Part shown: positions 19,857 through 31,156 of the stretch, piece after piece
Position numbering within the stretch: the stretch's first letter is position 1
Layout: each line of letters begins with the position of its first letter
From: an uncultured Nitrospiraceae bacterium
GTDB lineage: Bacteria > Nitrospirota > Thermodesulfovibrionia > Thermodesulfovibrionales > SM23-35
Length of the DNA: 64,000 nucleotides
NCBI GenBank assembly: GCA_963727775.1
Contig: CAVSHB010000002.1
Coordinates: 384,001-448,000, forward strand
Direction of reading: 5' to 3'
Notes under the pieces: generated by a model
The model's database searches: none
What the model was told of the DNA's origin: nothing
The model's input: only the letters and a program-made list of their open reading frames with translations
Made by a program: the position numbers and the translations under genes

Positions 19857-21299
19857 TCATTTACTTACAAAGGTGCTCGTATCCCAGTGTTTCCATTTCA
19901 GGTACTCGTTTATTGCCTTAGCCGCCTTTCTCCCTGCGCCCATCGCAAGGATAACAGTCGCGGAGCCCGTGAGTATATCACCGCCTGCAAAGACGCCCTT
20001 CTTCGAGGTCATGCCGGTCTCTTCATCGGCCACGATATATCCCCTTTTATTCAGTAATAAATCGGGCACTGTTTTCGTCAGCAATGGGTTTGACCTTGTG
20101 CCGATGGCCGGTATTGCAACGTCTATCCCGATCCGGAATTCGCTGCCGTTAACAGGGACCGGCTTTCTCCTGCCCGATTGATCAGGTTCTCCCAACTCCA
20201 TCTTTTCGCATTCAACCTCGCAGACATTCCCCTTGCCGTCATCTATAAACCGCAGAGGGTTTGTCAGCAGCATGAATTCAATGCCTTCTTCATGCGCGTG
20301 ATGGATCTCCGCTTTTCGCGCAGGCATCTCGGCCTGTGAGCGCCGGTAGACGAGATACACCTTCTCCGCGCCGAGCCGCAATGCAACTCTCGCCGCATCC
20401 ATCGCAACATTGCCGCCACCGAAGACCGCAACGTTTTTGCCTTTTTTTATCGGCGTATCATACTCCGGGAAAAGATACGCCTTCATAAGGTTGGCGCGGG
20501 TGAGGAATTCATTTGCGGAATAAATGCCGTTAAGGTTCTCTCCGGGTATACCCATGAACATAGGCAGCCCAGCTCCGGTGGCGATGAAGCATGCGTCATA
20601 TCCATTGTCATTGAATAGTTCATCGACGGTGTGGAGTTTCCCGATTACCGAGTTCAGCTTCAACTCAACCCCGAGTTTCTCTATGTACTCAACTTCTTTT
20701 TCCACTATTACTTTCGGCAGCCTGAATTCAGGTATGCCGTAAATCAATACCCCTCCGGGTTTGTGCAATGCTTCGAATAATGTAACTTGATGTCCATCCC
20801 GTATCAGATCAGCGGCGCAGGCCAACCCGCCGGGACCCGAACCGATTATGGCGACCTTCCTGCCGGTCTGTTTCGGTCTCCCCGGGATCTGCACATCCCC
20901 CTGCTCCCTCTCATAGTCTGCGACAAAACGTTCAAGATTCCCTATCGCGACCGGTTCTCCTTTTTTGCCGAGGATACAGAGAGATTCACACTGTATCTCC
21001 TGTGGGCATACCCTGCCGCAGACAGAAGGGAATGCGTTGTCTTCTTTTATCTTCCAGGCAGCTTCTATAAATTTTCCTTCTTTCACTAATTTTATAAATG
21101 AAGGGATATCCACCGATACAGGACATCCGCTTCTGCATGAAGGTTTTAAACAGCTGAGACATCTCGACGCCTCTTCGACGGCCTCGTCGCGGGTATATCC
21201 ATAGGGGACTTCCATGAAATTCCTCGCCCTTGCCAACGGCTCCTGTTCCCTCATCTTTATTCTGTTTTTGGGTTGTTTGGCGGACTTTTTTTCTTCCAT
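19857..21299 (-). CDS. nfnB: NfnB / GltD-SudA-like large subunit of NADH-dependent reduced ferredoxin:NADP+ oxidoreductase
   Basis: RCLSC..PSCRSGCP, CGRVCPQE.QCE..C, GSGPGG, GGGNVAMD, FAGGD; paired with nfnA, no gltB present. Confidence 0.85.
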   Translation of the reverse strand: MEEKKSAKQPKNRIKMREQEPLARARNFMEVPYGYTRDEAVEEASRCLSCLKPSCRSGCPVSVDIPSFIKLVKEGKFIEAAWKIKEDNAFPSVCGRVCPQEIQCESLCILGKKGEPVAIGNLERFVADYEREQGDVQIPGRPKQTGRKVAIIGSGPGGLACAADLIRDGHQVTLFEALHKPGGVLIYGIPEFRLPKVIVEKEVEYIEKLGVELKLNSVIGKLHTVDELFNDNGYDACFIATGAGLPMFMGIPGENLNGIYSANEFLTRANLMKAYLFPEYDTPIKKGKNVAVFGGGNVAMDAARVALRLGAEKVYLVYRRSQAEMPARKAEIHHAHEEGIEFMLLTNPLRFIDDGKGNVCEVECEKMELGEPDQSGRRKPVPVNGSEFRIGIDVAIPAIGTRSNPLLTKTVPDLLLNKRGYIVADEETGMTSKKGVFAGGDILTGSATVILAMGAGRKAAKAINEYLKWKHWDTSTFVSK

Positions 21300-22135
21300 T
21301 ATTTGGCCCCCGTCTTTTCCTTGTACCGATCGAAGGCTATTTTTTCCTCCTCGATATACATCCTCTGTCGCGACATGAGCAAATTAAAATCAACTTTGTG
21401 CCCGTCAAATTCGGGGCCGTCAACACACGCAAACTTTGTCTCTCCGCCTACTTCCACCCTGCATGCGCCGCACATGCCTGTCGCATCCACCATGATTGAA
21501 TTCAGGCTGACGACGGTTTTTGCACTGTGCTTCTCTGTTGTCACGCACACAAATTTCATCATGATGGCGGGACCTATCGCGTAAACCAGTCCGATGCCTT
21601 TTTCTTCTTTGAGAAGTTCATCCAGCGGAACGGTCACTACCGCCTTCCTGCCGTAAGAGCCGTCATCCGTTACAATGATCAGTTCATCCGACACCTTGCG
21701 CATCTTGTCTTCCCAGAAGATGAGGTCTTTCGTCCTCGCGCCGATGATCGAATAAACCGTATTGCCTGCTTCTTTGAGAGCCCTCGCAATCGGATATGTG
21801 GGAGCTATCCCGACACCGCCGCCGACACAGATTACCTTCCCGAAATTATCTATGTGAGAGGGCATTCCGAGCGGCCCGATAACATCTAATATATGATCGC
21901 CTTCATTTAATGTCCCCAGGTGATGGGTCGTCTTTCCCATTTTCTGAAAAACTGTCGAAATCGTGCCTTTGTCCCTGTCGAAATCGGCGATTGTCAAAGG
22001 TATCCTTTCGCCCTGCTCATGGATCCTCAAAGTGAAAAAATTACCCGCCTTTGCTTTTTTTGCGATATCCCTTGCTTCGATTTCAAATAATGTGACTAAA
22101 TCCGATAACTCCTGTTTCCTTAAGATTTTAAACAT
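21299..22135 (-). CDS. nfnA: NfnA / SudB small subunit
   Basis: GERIPLTIAD, GPLG, GGGVG, MVDATGMCGACRV...ACVDGPEFD. Confidence 0.88.
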   Translation of the reverse strand: MFKILRKQELSDLVTLFEIEARDIAKKAKAGNFFTLRIHEQGERIPLTIADFDRDKGTISTVFQKMGKTTHHLGTLNEGDHILDVIGPLGMPSHIDNFGKVICVGGGVGIAPTYPIARALKEAGNTVYSIIGARTKDLIFWEDKMRKVSDELIIVTDDGSYGRKAVVTVPLDELLKEEKGIGLVYAIGPAIMMKFVCVTTEKHSAKTVVSLNSIMVDATGMCGACRVEVGGETKFACVDGPEFDGHKVDFNLLMSRQRMYIEEEKIAFDRYKEKTGAK

Positions 22136-22247
22136 CAAAAGCTCCTTCCTTTTTATAGATAATGGACGGTATCACATATTATATACACTTTAAAGCCGGA
22201 CTATTTTTTTAAAAAACAAAAAACTTTTCCGTAAACCCATTTTTTAC

Positions 22248-22277
22248 TTGACAAGAGTCTTCGCTTTTCAGTATAAC
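22248..22277 (+). promoter_or_regulatory. sigma70-type promoter of the nuo operon
   Basis: TTGACA-N18-TATAAC, 10 nt before the nuoA ATG. Confidence 0.6.
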
Positions 22278-22287
22278 ATTTCTGCTT

Positions 22288-22659
22288 ATGCCAGGAACGT
22301 ATTTACCATTAGACTATTTGCCGGTTTTTATTTTCATCGTTATCGCGATGGCCTTCGGATTCGGCGCTCTTCTTCTCGGCATGATCTTCAGGCCGAAAAA
22401 ACCATACTATGAAAAGCTCATGCCCTATGAATCCGGCATCACCCCGACGGGAGAACCCCGCTACAAATTTTCGATAAGGTTTTATATCATCGCCATGCTG
22501 TTTGTCGTATTCGATGTGGAAGCAATTTTTCTTTATCCCTGGGCAATAGTATTCGACAAAATCGGAATGTATGCATTTGTAGAAATGGTGCTTTTTATCG
22601 CAGTACTGCTGGTCGGATATCTTTATGCCTGGAAGAAAGAGGCCTTTGAATGGGATTGA
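22288..22659 (+). CDS. nuoA: complex I subunit A
   Basis: [27 protein letters not shown]. Confidence 0.95.
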   Translation: MPGTYLPLDYLPVFIFIVIAMAFGFGALLLGMIFRPKKPYYEKLMPYESGITPTGEPRYKFSIRFYIIAMLFVVFDVEAIFLYPWAIVFDKIGMYAFVEMVLFIAVLLVGYLYAWKKEAFEWD

Positions 22660-22675
22660 AAATGAGAGGTGGAAA

Positions 22676-23194
22676 ATGATCGATACATCAGCCATGGGAC
22701 TTATTCAGGTAGAACCGGACGTAAAAATATTGCCCCCGAATATCATCATCACCTCCTTTGACAAGATTATTAATTGGGGAAGGTTGTCTTCAATGTGGCC
22801 GACCACTTTCGGTCTCGCCTGCTGCGCGATAGAGATGATGGCGGCAGGCGCAGCCCATAATGATTTAGACCGGTTTGGGATCATTTTCAGAGGTTCGCCG
22901 AGACAGGCGGACTGCGTGATTGTAGCAGGTACCGTCACAAAGAAAATGGCCCCCGTAGTCAGAAGGGTCTATGACCAGATCCCGGAACCGCGGTATGTGA
23001 TAGCGATGGGAAGCTGCGCGTGCACGGGAGGGGTTTTCAAAACTTACAGTACTGTCCAGGGATGTGATTCTTTCCTTCCCGTTGACGTATATGTACCCGG
23101 TTGTCCCCCGAGGCCTGAGACATTGCTTGAGGGGTTGATAATGCTTCAGGAAAAGATCAGAAAAGAAAAGGCAAGGTGGAGTCCATGGCGGTAA
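22676..23194 (+). CDS. nuoB: complex I subunit B
   Basis: [28 protein letters not shown]. Confidence 0.95.
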   Translation: MIDTSAMGLIQVEPDVKILPPNIIITSFDKIINWGRLSSMWPTTFGLACCAIEMMAAGAAHNDLDRFGIIFRGSPRQADCVIVAGTVTKKMAPVVRRVYDQIPEPRYVIAMGSCACTGGVFKTYSTVQGCDSFLPVDVYVPGCPPRPETLLEGLIMLQEKIRKEKARWSPWR

Positions 23195-23766
23195 CGGAAG
23201 TAAGAATTTCGATATTTCCCGCAGGGCTGAACCCGAAAGATATAGCAGAAAAGGTGAAGGAAAAATTTCCGGAACAGGTGGTCGATGTCGCCGAATTCAG
23301 AGATCAGGTCTCTATTATCGTTAAAAAGGACCAGATAGTCCCGATCCTGAAATATCTCCACGATGACCCCCTTTTGAGCCTGGACCATCTCCAGGACCTT
23401 ACCGCTGTTGATTATCTCAAGAAAAAAGATGTCAGGTTCGAGGTTGTCTATAACCTTTATTCAATGAGATATCGCCATCAAATACGCATCAGAGCGCAAG
23501 TGGCGGAAAACGATCCAAAAATTGGCTCCGTGGTTCCTATTTGGGCCGGCGCCGATTGGCACGAAAGAGAATGTTACGACATGTTCGGCATCGTGTTTAA
23601 CGGACATCCCGATCTGAGGAGAATCCTGCTGCCCGAAGACTGGGAAGGACATCCCTTGAGAAAAGATTATCCTTTGGCGGGACCTGAACTTGAAAAAGAT
23701 TGGCCGGGGTTTGTTGATGTGCTCAAGAGATCAAAAGAATTGAGAGAGTTTGAGTGGGATGGATAA
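23176..23766 (+). CDS. nuoC: complex I subunit C
   Basis: [29 protein letters not shown]. Confidence 0.95.
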   Translation: MESMAVTEVRISIFPAGLNPKDIAEKVKEKFPEQVVDVAEFRDQVSIIVKKDQIVPILKYLHDDPLLSLDHLQDLTAVDYLKKKDVRFEVVYNLYSMRYRHQIRIRAQVAENDPKIGSVVPIWAGADWHERECYDMFGIVFNGHPDLRRILLPEDWEGHPLRKDYPLAGPELEKDWPGFVDVLKRSKELREFEWDG

Positions 23767-23767
23767 G

Positions 23768-25234
23768 ATGATCCAGAAAGAAGCAGAGAAGATATTCGAG
23801 ACAAGAGAACTTAATGTAAACATGGGGCCGCAGCACCCTGCAACACATGGTGTTTTGAGGCTTGTTCTTGATATAGACGGCGAGACAATCGTCAAGGTAA
23901 CTCCCCATATCGGATATCTCCACCGCGGCATCGAAAAGCTCGGGGAGAGCTTGAGTTATTTTCAGGCCCTTCCGTTGACGGACAGAATGGATTATGTGTC
24001 CGCGATGTCGAATAACATCGGCTATTGCGTTGCCGTTGAAAAACTGTTTGGTATAGAGGCCCCCGAGAGGGCAAAGTTCATAAGGACGATAGTAGGAGAG
24101 ATGTCGAGGATATCGAACCATCTCCTTTGGCTTGCGACCCATGCCCTTGATATCGGCGCCATGACCGTATTTATCTACTGCTTCAGGGAGAGAGAATGGA
24201 TCCTCGACCTGTACGAGATGATCTGCGGTGCGAGGCTTACCGTCACCTACCCGAGGGTAGGCGGCGTGAGGAACGATGTCCCGCAGGAATTTCTTGACAG
24301 CCTATGGAAATTTACGGACGAGTTCCCGTCAAGAATTCTGGAATACGAGACACTGATCGATCAGAACAGGATATGGCTACAGAGGACCGTGGGTATCGGG
24401 GTGATTTCAGCGGAAGAAGCGGTGAACTGGGGAATGACGGGACCGACGCTAAGAGGGTCCGGTGTTTCCTATGACATAAGAAAGCACATGCCCTATGACG
24501 CGTATGACAAGGTTGATTTTGAGGTGCCGATCGGTACCACGGGTGATACATACGACAGATACCGGTGCAGGATGCTCGAGATGAGGCAGTCGAACAGCAT
24601 ATTAAGGCAGTGCATCGAAAAGCTGCCGACGGGTCCGGTCATGGCCGATGCCCCGAAATTCACCCTTCAACCGAAAGATATGATGATGCCGATCACGCAT
24701 CCTACGAAAGAGTTGGCATATGTGATCGAGGAAAAGGTCTGCAAGGGGTGCGGCATGTGTATGAGAGCGTGTCCCGCAAAGGCGATCTTCGGAGAGAAGA
24801 AGAAACCCCATGAGATAAAGCAGGATCTCTGCCTGCAGTGCGGAAACTGTTTTGTGACCTGCAAGTTCAAGGCATTAAAGCTTATCCCCGGCGGCAAGGG
24901 CATGAGCGAAGAGCAGCTCAAGGAATTGGCCGCAGGTCCGATGCCGGAGGAGATCACGAAAGCCGCAGAATATATGGTTAAGCACTTCGAATTCGTGAAG
25001 AAAGGACCGAAAGTCCCGGAAGGGGAACTGTATGTGGCAACCGAGGTCCCCAAGGGCGAACTCGGGTTTTATTTTGTGAGTGACGGTTCGGGAAAACCTT
25101 TCAGGATGAGGTTAAGAGCACCGTCGTTTGTGCATGCCGGCGTTCTGCCGAGACTGTGCAAGGGGCATCTGGTTGCGGACGTAATCGCAAACATCGGTAC
25201 CATCGATATCGTGCTTGGAGAGTGTGACAGATAA
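23768..25234 (+). CDS. nuoD: complex I subunit D with an inserted 2[4Fe-4S] ferredoxin domain
   Basis: [35 protein letters not shown]; insert [12 protein letters not shown]...[11 protein letters not shown]. Confidence 0.93.
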   Translation: MIQKEAEKIFETRELNVNMGPQHPATHGVLRLVLDIDGETIVKVTPHIGYLHRGIEKLGESLSYFQALPLTDRMDYVSAMSNNIGYCVAVEKLFGIEAPERAKFIRTIVGEMSRISNHLLWLATHALDIGAMTVFIYCFREREWILDLYEMICGARLTVTYPRVGGVRNDVPQEFLDSLWKFTDEFPSRILEYETLIDQNRIWLQRTVGIGVISAEEAVNWGMTGPTLRGSGVSYDIRKHMPYDAYDKVDFEVPIGTTGDTYDRYRCRMLEMRQSNSILRQCIEKLPTGPVMADAPKFTLQPKDMMMPITHPTKELAYVIEEKVCKGCGMCMRACPAKAIFGEKKKPHEIKQDLCLQCGNCFVTCKFKALKLIPGGKGMSEEQLKELAAGPMPEEITKAAEYMVKHFEFVKKGPKVPEGELYVATEVPKGELGFYFVSDGSGKPFRMRLRAPSFVHAGVLPRLCKGHLVADVIANIGTIDIVLGECDR

Positions 25235-26298
25235 TGAATACACTTACTAATATCATATCTCCCTCGACTCTTGATGTTTTAATCAAATTTGGAATTAACG
25301 TATTAATCATTATTCTTAAGATAGTAATTGTTCTTGCGGTCGGGTTGCTCCACGTGGCTTACGCAACATATTTCGAACGTAAGGTCATCGGCCATATGCA
25401 GGTGAGGCTCGGACCTATGAGAGTCGGATGGCACGGTCTTCTTCAGCCTTTTGCGGACGGTATCAAGTTGTTTTTCAAGGAAGACATAATCCCTGCGCAG
25501 GCCGATAAAGCCGTATTCTACATTGCTCCGATCATTTTTATGGCAGCGGCAATGGTGAATCTTTCTTTTATCCCATTCGCTTCTAATTTTGCAGTTGCCC
25601 CAAACGTAAATATAGGCCTCTTGATGGTATTCGCCTTTGCCGGTATGGGCGTCTATGGCATATTCATATCCGGCTGGGCATCGAATTCCAAGTACTCTTT
25701 CCTCGGCGGGCTCAGGTCATCTGCTCAGGTGATAAGTTATGAGATCGCAATGGGACTGAGCCTCGTCGGTGTTATGATCATGTCCGGGTCCCTGAACCTT
25801 ACGGAGATCGTAAAGGCCCAGGAGGCATCCGTCTTCGGAATGTACGCGATACCTCAGATCGCCGCTTTCCTCGTGTTTACTATTGCGGCCTTAGCAGAGA
25901 CGAACAGGACGCCTTTTGACATGCCCGAGGCGGAGAGCGAGCTTGTTGCCGGCTACTTTACGGAGTACAGCAGTTTCAGGTTTGCACTTTTCTTCCTCGG
26001 TGAATATATCGCAATGATTATTATGGCTTCTCTGGCAACGGTATGTTTCCTGGGAGGTTGGACGTTGCCGTGGTATATCACATCGGTACTTCCCTTCTTA
26101 AAGCTGGTACCCGGTATTGTATGGTTCCTCATGAAGGTCTATGCCTTCATATTCTTCTATTACTGGATTAGGGCAACGGTGCCGAGATACAGATACGACC
26201 AGGTGATGAAGATCGGCTGGAAAGTACTAATACCGGTCGCATTGGCGAATATTGTGGTAACGGCCCTAGTGAAAATTTTGATGACAAAGGGAGTCTAA
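25234..26298 (+). CDS. nuoH: complex I subunit H
   Basis: ERKVIGHMQ.R.GP, AETNRTPFDMPEAESEL, PRYRYDQ. Confidence 0.95.
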   Translation: MNTLTNIISPSTLDVLIKFGINVLIIILKIVIVLAVGLLHVAYATYFERKVIGHMQVRLGPMRVGWHGLLQPFADGIKLFFKEDIIPAQADKAVFYIAPIIFMAAAMVNLSFIPFASNFAVAPNVNIGLLMVFAFAGMGVYGIFISGWASNSKYSFLGGLRSSAQVISYEIAMGLSLVGVMIMSGSLNLTEIVKAQEASVFGMYAIPQIAAFLVFTIAALAETNRTPFDMPEAESELVAGYFTEYSSFRFALFFLGEYIAMIIMASLATVCFLGGWTLPWYITSVLPFLKLVPGIVWFLMKVYAFIFFYYWIRATVPRYRYDQVMKIGWKVLIPVALANIVVTALVKILMTKGV

Positions 26299-26299
26299 G

Positions 26300-26830
26300 G
26301 TGACTGTCAGGGAAATTATCAAAAGGTTTACTTTCATAGAAATATTTCAGGGTATGGCCCTTACCTTGAAAATGATGTTCACTCACGCAGTTACTGTACA
26401 GTATCCCAAGGAAAGAAGGACCATAGCTCCCGGTTTCAGAGGGCAGCATGCACTTGCAAAGAATAAGGAAGGGAAAGCAAAATGCACCGGCTGTGGTCTC
26501 TGTGCGACGATTTGTCCGTCGCAATGCATTAAGGTCACAAGAGCCGAAGGAAGGGTGGCAAATTACGAATTGGACATATTGAGATGCATCTACTGCGGCT
26601 TCTGCGTAGAGGCTTGTCCGTATGGGGCGATCTCGCTGACCGAAAGCTACGAATACTCCGTGTATAAAAGAGAGGATCTGCTTCTGACAAAGGATAAGCT
26701 ATTAGCCAATTGGGATGAATTTATGCCTGGAAGTAAGGGGGATGTGTATTTCAGGAAATTCTGGCGACCAATGTCTGAGGATTTCGGTACTCCTCCGGGC
26801 CAGGCGGTCTTTAGAGGGAAAAAGGAATGA
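26300..26830 (+). CDS. nuoI: complex I subunit I
   Basis: TVQYP, CTGCGLCATICP, CIYCGFCVEACP. Confidence 0.95.
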   Translation: MTVREIIKRFTFIEIFQGMALTLKMMFTHAVTVQYPKERRTIAPGFRGQHALAKNKEGKAKCTGCGLCATICPSQCIKVTRAEGRVANYELDILRCIYCGFCVEACPYGAISLTESYEYSVYKREDLLLTKDKLLANWDEFMPGSKGDVYFRKFWRPMSEDFGTPPGQAVFRGKKE

Positions 26831-27339
26831 TTCAGGAATTATCCTTCGGATATTTTGCATTTGCGATAGTGGTGCTTTCCATTCTCGTTATTACAAGGAG
26901 GAACCCAGTCCACAGCGTGCTCTGGATGCTGCTGCTCTTTTTCCATATCGCGAGCTTGTATCTTTTCCTGAACGCAGAGTTTATGGCTGCGATTCAGGTT
27001 ATTGTATATGCGGGCGGCATACTTGTATTGTTCCTTTTTGTAGTGTTGCTGATTAACCTCAGGGAAGAAGTTGGAATAAGCAATTTTATCAGCGCTGCCC
27101 CGACAGGGTTCACCTTTGCAGTCGGGCTCCTGGTTGTGATTACTATGTCCCTCAAATCATTTGTCGCAGCGCCTCCGGGTATTTATTCGATTGAAATGAT
27201 CAAGAAAGAAACCAATATAAAGGCCTTGGGGAAGTTATTATATACGGATTATCTCTACCCGTTTGAGGTCGCGTCATTGATCCTTCTGGTGGCAATCATA
27301 GGCGCTATAGTCCTTGCAAAAAGGAGGCTTAAGAGTTAA
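26827..27339 (+). CDS. nuoJ: complex I subunit J
   Basis: NPVHS, QVIVYAGGI.VLFLF, PFEVAS. Confidence 0.95.
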   Translation: MIQELSFGYFAFAIVVLSILVITRRNPVHSVLWMLLLFFHIASLYLFLNAEFMAAIQVIVYAGGILVLFLFVVLLINLREEVGISNFISAAPTGFTFAVGLLVVITMSLKSFVAAPPGIYSIEMIKKETNIKALGKLLYTDYLYPFEVASLILLVAIIGAIVLAKRRLKS

Positions 27340-27341
27340 GC

Positions 27342-27644
27342 ATGGTCCCATTAAGCTGGTATATGACGCTCAGTACGGCAGTATTCGCGATCGGAGTCTT
27401 CGGATTCCTTTCGAGGAAAAATATTATTATCATGTTTATGTCCATAGAGCTGATGCTCAACGCTGTCAATATCAACCTGATAGCTCTTAGCCATTACCTC
27501 CAGGACCTGAGGGGACAGATACTGGCTCTCTTCGTTATCGCTGTGGCTGCCTCTGAAGCTGCGATAGGCCTTGCGATAGTCATAGCCTTATTCAGAAACA
27601 AGCCCACCGCTCATGTGGACGAGGTGAAGGAGATGCAGGGATGA
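27342..27644 (+). CDS. nuoK: complex I subunit K
   Basis: SIELMLNA, VAASEAAIGL. Confidence 0.95.
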   Translation: MVPLSWYMTLSTAVFAIGVFGFLSRKNIIIMFMSIELMLNAVNINLIALSHYLQDLRGQILALFVIAVAASEAAIGLAIVIALFRNKPTAHVDEVKEMQG

Positions 27645-27654
27645 GGAGCAATTT

Positions 27655-29610
27655 ATGAAATTATATCTTTTAATACCGTTTCTGCCGCTCACAGCATTTA
27701 TAATTAATATTCTGCTCGGCAAAGAGGTCTTGAGAGAAAAAGCTCACTGGCCGTCCATCCTTGCGGTGGTAGGTTCATGGCTGGTGACGATATTTTCCGT
27801 CCTACCGCAGGTCATGGCGGGAAAGATCATCAACGAAGACCTCTACTCGTGGATAGCCTCAGGCACTTTCAATGTCGCCGTGGGATTTCTTATCGATCCG
27901 CTCACAGCGGTAATGCTGGTGGTTGTCACTACGTGCGCATCATTAATACATATATATGCCGTCGGCTATATGCACGGAGATACCGGCTATTACAGGTTCT
28001 TTGCGTATATGAGCCTCTTTACCTTCTGCATGCTGATGCTCGTCATGGGAAACAACTTCCTCCAGCTCTATTTCGGATGGGAGGGTGTGGGCTTATGCTC
28101 TTATTTCCTTATAGGCTATTATTTTAATAAGAAGTCAGCCGCTGACGCGGGTAAAAAGGCCTTTATCGTAAACAGGTTCGGGGACTTCGGATTCGGGCTT
28201 GGTGTATTTATGATATTCCTTACCTTTGGGACCCTGCATTATACGGATGTATTCGGCAGCGTAGCAGGCATTGTCGGCAAGACGGTAAATTTCCTGGGAT
28301 GGAACGTCGACCTTCCGACCCTTATAGCACTCCTTCTTTTCTGCGGCGCCGTCGGAAAGTCCGCGCAGCTTCCGCTGCATGTATGGCTTCCCGATGCTAT
28401 GGAAGGGCCCACGCCTGTCAGCGCCTTAATCCATGCGGCAACGATGGTCACAGCTGGTGTATTTCTCGTTGCCAGGTGCAACCCTATATTCAACCTGTCC
28501 GCAGTTGCAATGAATACGGTCGCTATTGTCGGCGCGCTTACCATGTTCTTTGCCGCGTCGATTGCCATTACGCAGAATGACATCAAGAGGATTATCGCTT
28601 ACTCTACATGCAGTCATTTAGGTTATATGTTCGTCGCATGCGGTGTGGGCGCCTATTCTGCGGGCATTTTCCATCTTTATACACACGCATTCTTTAAGGC
28701 CCTGCTCTTCCTTGCGGCGGGTAGTGTTATTCATTCCGTTCATACGAACAATATCCAGGAGATGGGCGGCTTAAAAAAATATATGCCGATAACCTATGCG
28801 GTATTTGTAATCGCAGGCCTGAGCGCTGGAGGATTTCCGGGCTTGTCGGGGTTCTTCAGTAAGGACGAGATTATATGGTCCGCATATGCTTCAGGTTCTT
28901 CTGTAGGCAAATTCGTCTGGGTGCTCGCTCTCGCGGGCGCGTTTTTCACGCCTCTATATACATTCAGACTTATATTCGTAACATTTCATGGGAAAAATCG
29001 CGGCGTGCATCACGAAGAGCACGGTCACGATGCTCATGGATCGCATGGAGAACACCACATTCATGAGTCTCCAAAAGTCATGACGGTCCCGTTAATGCTC
29101 CTTGGGGTCGGCGCGGTTGCCGCGGGTTGGTTCGGGATCCCGCCGATACTTGGCGGCGGCTCGCATTTCGCCGAGTTTCTCAAGCCGGTGTTGGGAGAGC
29201 CTGAGTTCCACGCGTCACACGCGGAAGAATGGGGTGTAATGGCATTATCAACGGCCATCGCGCTTTCTGGACTCGGTGTTGCAGCGTTCCTCTATCTGAG
29301 GAAAACCGATCTCCCGGAAAGGATAGTGAAAACCTTCAGTGGATTGCACAAGATCCTTTACAACAAATATTATGTCGACGAGTTTTACAGTTACACAATC
29401 ATAAAGCCGACAATGTGGATAGCCAAAAATATTCTTGTTGCGATTACCGACGGAAAGATGATAGAGGGAGTTGTTAACGGTTTACCAAGCGCAATCGGCA
29501 GGTTCAGCGGAAAATTGCGGAGAGTTCAGACAGGCCTGACGCATCACTACGGGATCATAATGGCAGCCGGCGCATTCTTTATAATTGCTCTGGCATTATT
29601 ACTTAGATAG
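27655..29610 (+). CDS. nuoL: complex I subunit L
   Basis: GWEGVG, NRFGD, KSAQLPLHVWLPDAMEGPTPVSALIHAATM, HAFFKA. Confidence 0.95.
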   Translation: MKLYLLIPFLPLTAFIINILLGKEVLREKAHWPSILAVVGSWLVTIFSVLPQVMAGKIINEDLYSWIASGTFNVAVGFLIDPLTAVMLVVVTTCASLIHIYAVGYMHGDTGYYRFFAYMSLFTFCMLMLVMGNNFLQLYFGWEGVGLCSYFLIGYYFNKKSAADAGKKAFIVNRFGDFGFGLGVFMIFLTFGTLHYTDVFGSVAGIVGKTVNFLGWNVDLPTLIALLLFCGAVGKSAQLPLHVWLPDAMEGPTPVSALIHAATMVTAGVFLVARCNPIFNLSAVAMNTVAIVGALTMFFAASIAITQNDIKRIIAYSTCSHLGYMFVACGVGAYSAGIFHLYTHAFFKALLFLAAGSVIHSVHTNNIQEMGGLKKYMPITYAVFVIAGLSAGGFPGLSGFFSKDEIIWSAYASGSSVGKFVWVLALAGAFFTPLYTFRLIFVTFHGKNRGVHHEEHGHDAHGSHGEHHIHESPKVMTVPLMLLGVGAVAAGWFGIPPILGGGSHFAEFLKPVLGEPEFHASHAEEWGVMALSTAIALSGLGVAAFLYLRKTDLPERIVKTFSGLHKILYNKYYVDEFYSYTIIKPTMWIAKNILVAITDGKMIEGVVNGLPSAIGRFSGKLRRVQTGLTHHYGIIMAAGAFFIIALALLLR

Positions 29611-29617
29611 GAGAAAA

Positions 29618-31156
29618 ATGGAACAGGTAATCATGAATCAATTAAGCTTCCCAATCCTGAGCACGGTTATATTCCTACCTGTTTTAGGCGCATTGCTCAT
29701 TCTTTTAAACAGAAGATCATGGGAATTGCTTACGAAATGGATTGCCTTAACAACGAGCGTTGCGACATTTCTGCTGTCAGTCCCGCTCTTCACCGATTTT
29801 GACAAGACTACGTATAGGATGCAGTTTGCCGAAAAATTCAGCTGGATTTCGAACTGGAACATTTATTATTTCCTGGGCGTTGACGGTATAAGCGTTTTGT
29901 TTATTCTTTTGTCCACATTGACCGCCATCCTTTGCGTCCTCATATCGTGGAATTCAATAAAGATGAAGGTAAAAGAGTTTTATATCGCGATACTTTTAAC
30001 TACTTCGTTTATGATAGGCGTATTCTGCTCACTCGACTTTTTCCTTTTCTATATTTTCTGGGAGGCCATGCTTATCCCCATGTTCCTCATCATCGGCGTA
30101 TGGGGAGGTCCGAACAGGGTCTATGCGGCAATAAAGTTCTTCCTGTATACCCTGGTCGGCAGCGTGCTCATGCTTGTCGGCATAATCGTGCTTTATCTTT
30201 ACGCCGGGAAGACATTCAATATCCTTGACTTAATGACTAAGACATATCCTTATACGATGCAGCTGTGGCTTTTCTGGGCATTCTTCGCGGCATTTGCCGT
30301 AAAAGTCCCGATGTGGCCCGTGCACACATGGTTGCCTGATGCCCATACGGAAGCCCCTACAGCGGGCAGTGTGATTCTGGCGGCCGTGCTTATTAAGATG
30401 GGGGCGTATGGTTTTCTCAGGTTTGCTCTGCCCTTATGCCCTGAGGCCTCAAAAGCGATGACCCCTGTTATGCTGACACTTTCAGTGATCGGGATAATCT
30501 ATGGCGCTGTAATATGTCTTGCGCAGACAGATCTGAAGAGGCTGATTGCATACAGCTCAGTGAGCCATATGGGTTTTGTGACACTGGGGATATTTGCCCT
30601 GAACATCCAGGGACTCGAAGGCGGGATACTGCAAATGCTGAACCACGGCGTCGTTACCGGAGCGCTCTTCTTGTCCGTCGGGATAGTTTACGACAGAACA
30701 CATACAAGGAAGATCGCTGATTACGGCGGCCTCGCATCGGTCATGCCTATTTATGCCGCGTTCTTTATGGTATTTACCCTTGCGGCGATCGGGTTGCCCG
30801 CAACGAACGGTTTCATCGGTGAATTCCTTATCCTTCTCGGAGGGTTTGCGGCCAGTAAATGGGCGGGAGTGCTCGCATGCACCGGAATAATCATCGGCGC
30901 CGGATACATGCTCTGGCTTTATCAGAGGATATTCTTTATGGAGACGAACCAGAAGATCATCGGTCTGACCGACATGGATATAAGAGAAACGATAACACTC
31001 ATCCCTATGCTTATCCTTGTTTTCTGGATAGGCATTTATCCGAATTCATTCCTCGGTTTCATGCACGCGTCTGTTCAGCATCTCCTGGAAAGAGTTAATT
31101 CGGGCGGAGTACAGGAAGCGAACGCCGCTAAAGCCTTTATGGAGGTTGTCAGATGA
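29618..31156 (+). CDS. nuoM: complex I subunit M
   Basis: GVDGIS, FWE, HTWLPDAHTEAPT, AYSSVSHMG. Confidence 0.95.
   Translation: MEQVIMNQLSFPILSTVIFLPVLGALLILLNRRSWELLTKWIALTTSVATFLLSVPLFTDFDKTTYRMQFAEKFSWISNWNIYYFLGVDGISVLFILLSTLTAILCVLISWNSIKMKVKEFYIAILLTTSFMIGVFCSLDFFLFYIFWEAMLIPMFLIIGVWGGPNRVYAAIKFFLYTLVGSVLMLVGIIVLYLYAGKTFNILDLMTKTYPYTMQLWLFWAFFAAFAVKVPMWPVHTWLPDAHTEAPTAGSVILAAVLIKMGAYGFLRFALPLCPEASKAMTPVMLTLSVIGIIYGAVICLAQTDLKRLIAYSSVSHMGFVTLGIFALNIQGLEGGILQMLNHGVVTGALFLSVGIVYDRTHTRKIADYGGLASVMPIYAAFFMVFTLAAIGLPATNGFIGEFLILLGGFAASKWAGVLACTGIIIGAGYMLWLYQRIFFMETNQKIIGLTDMDIRETITLIPMLILVFWIGIYPNSFLGFMHASVQHLLERVNSGGVQEANAAKAFMEVVR

Noticed and set aside
19857..21299. Glutamate synthase small subunit
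   Set aside because: No gltB here, and it is coupled to an NfnA/SudB gene, so NfnB fits better.
28985..29065. His-rich stretch in NuoL as a novel metal site
   Set aside because: His-rich loops before the HESP motif are common in NuoL.
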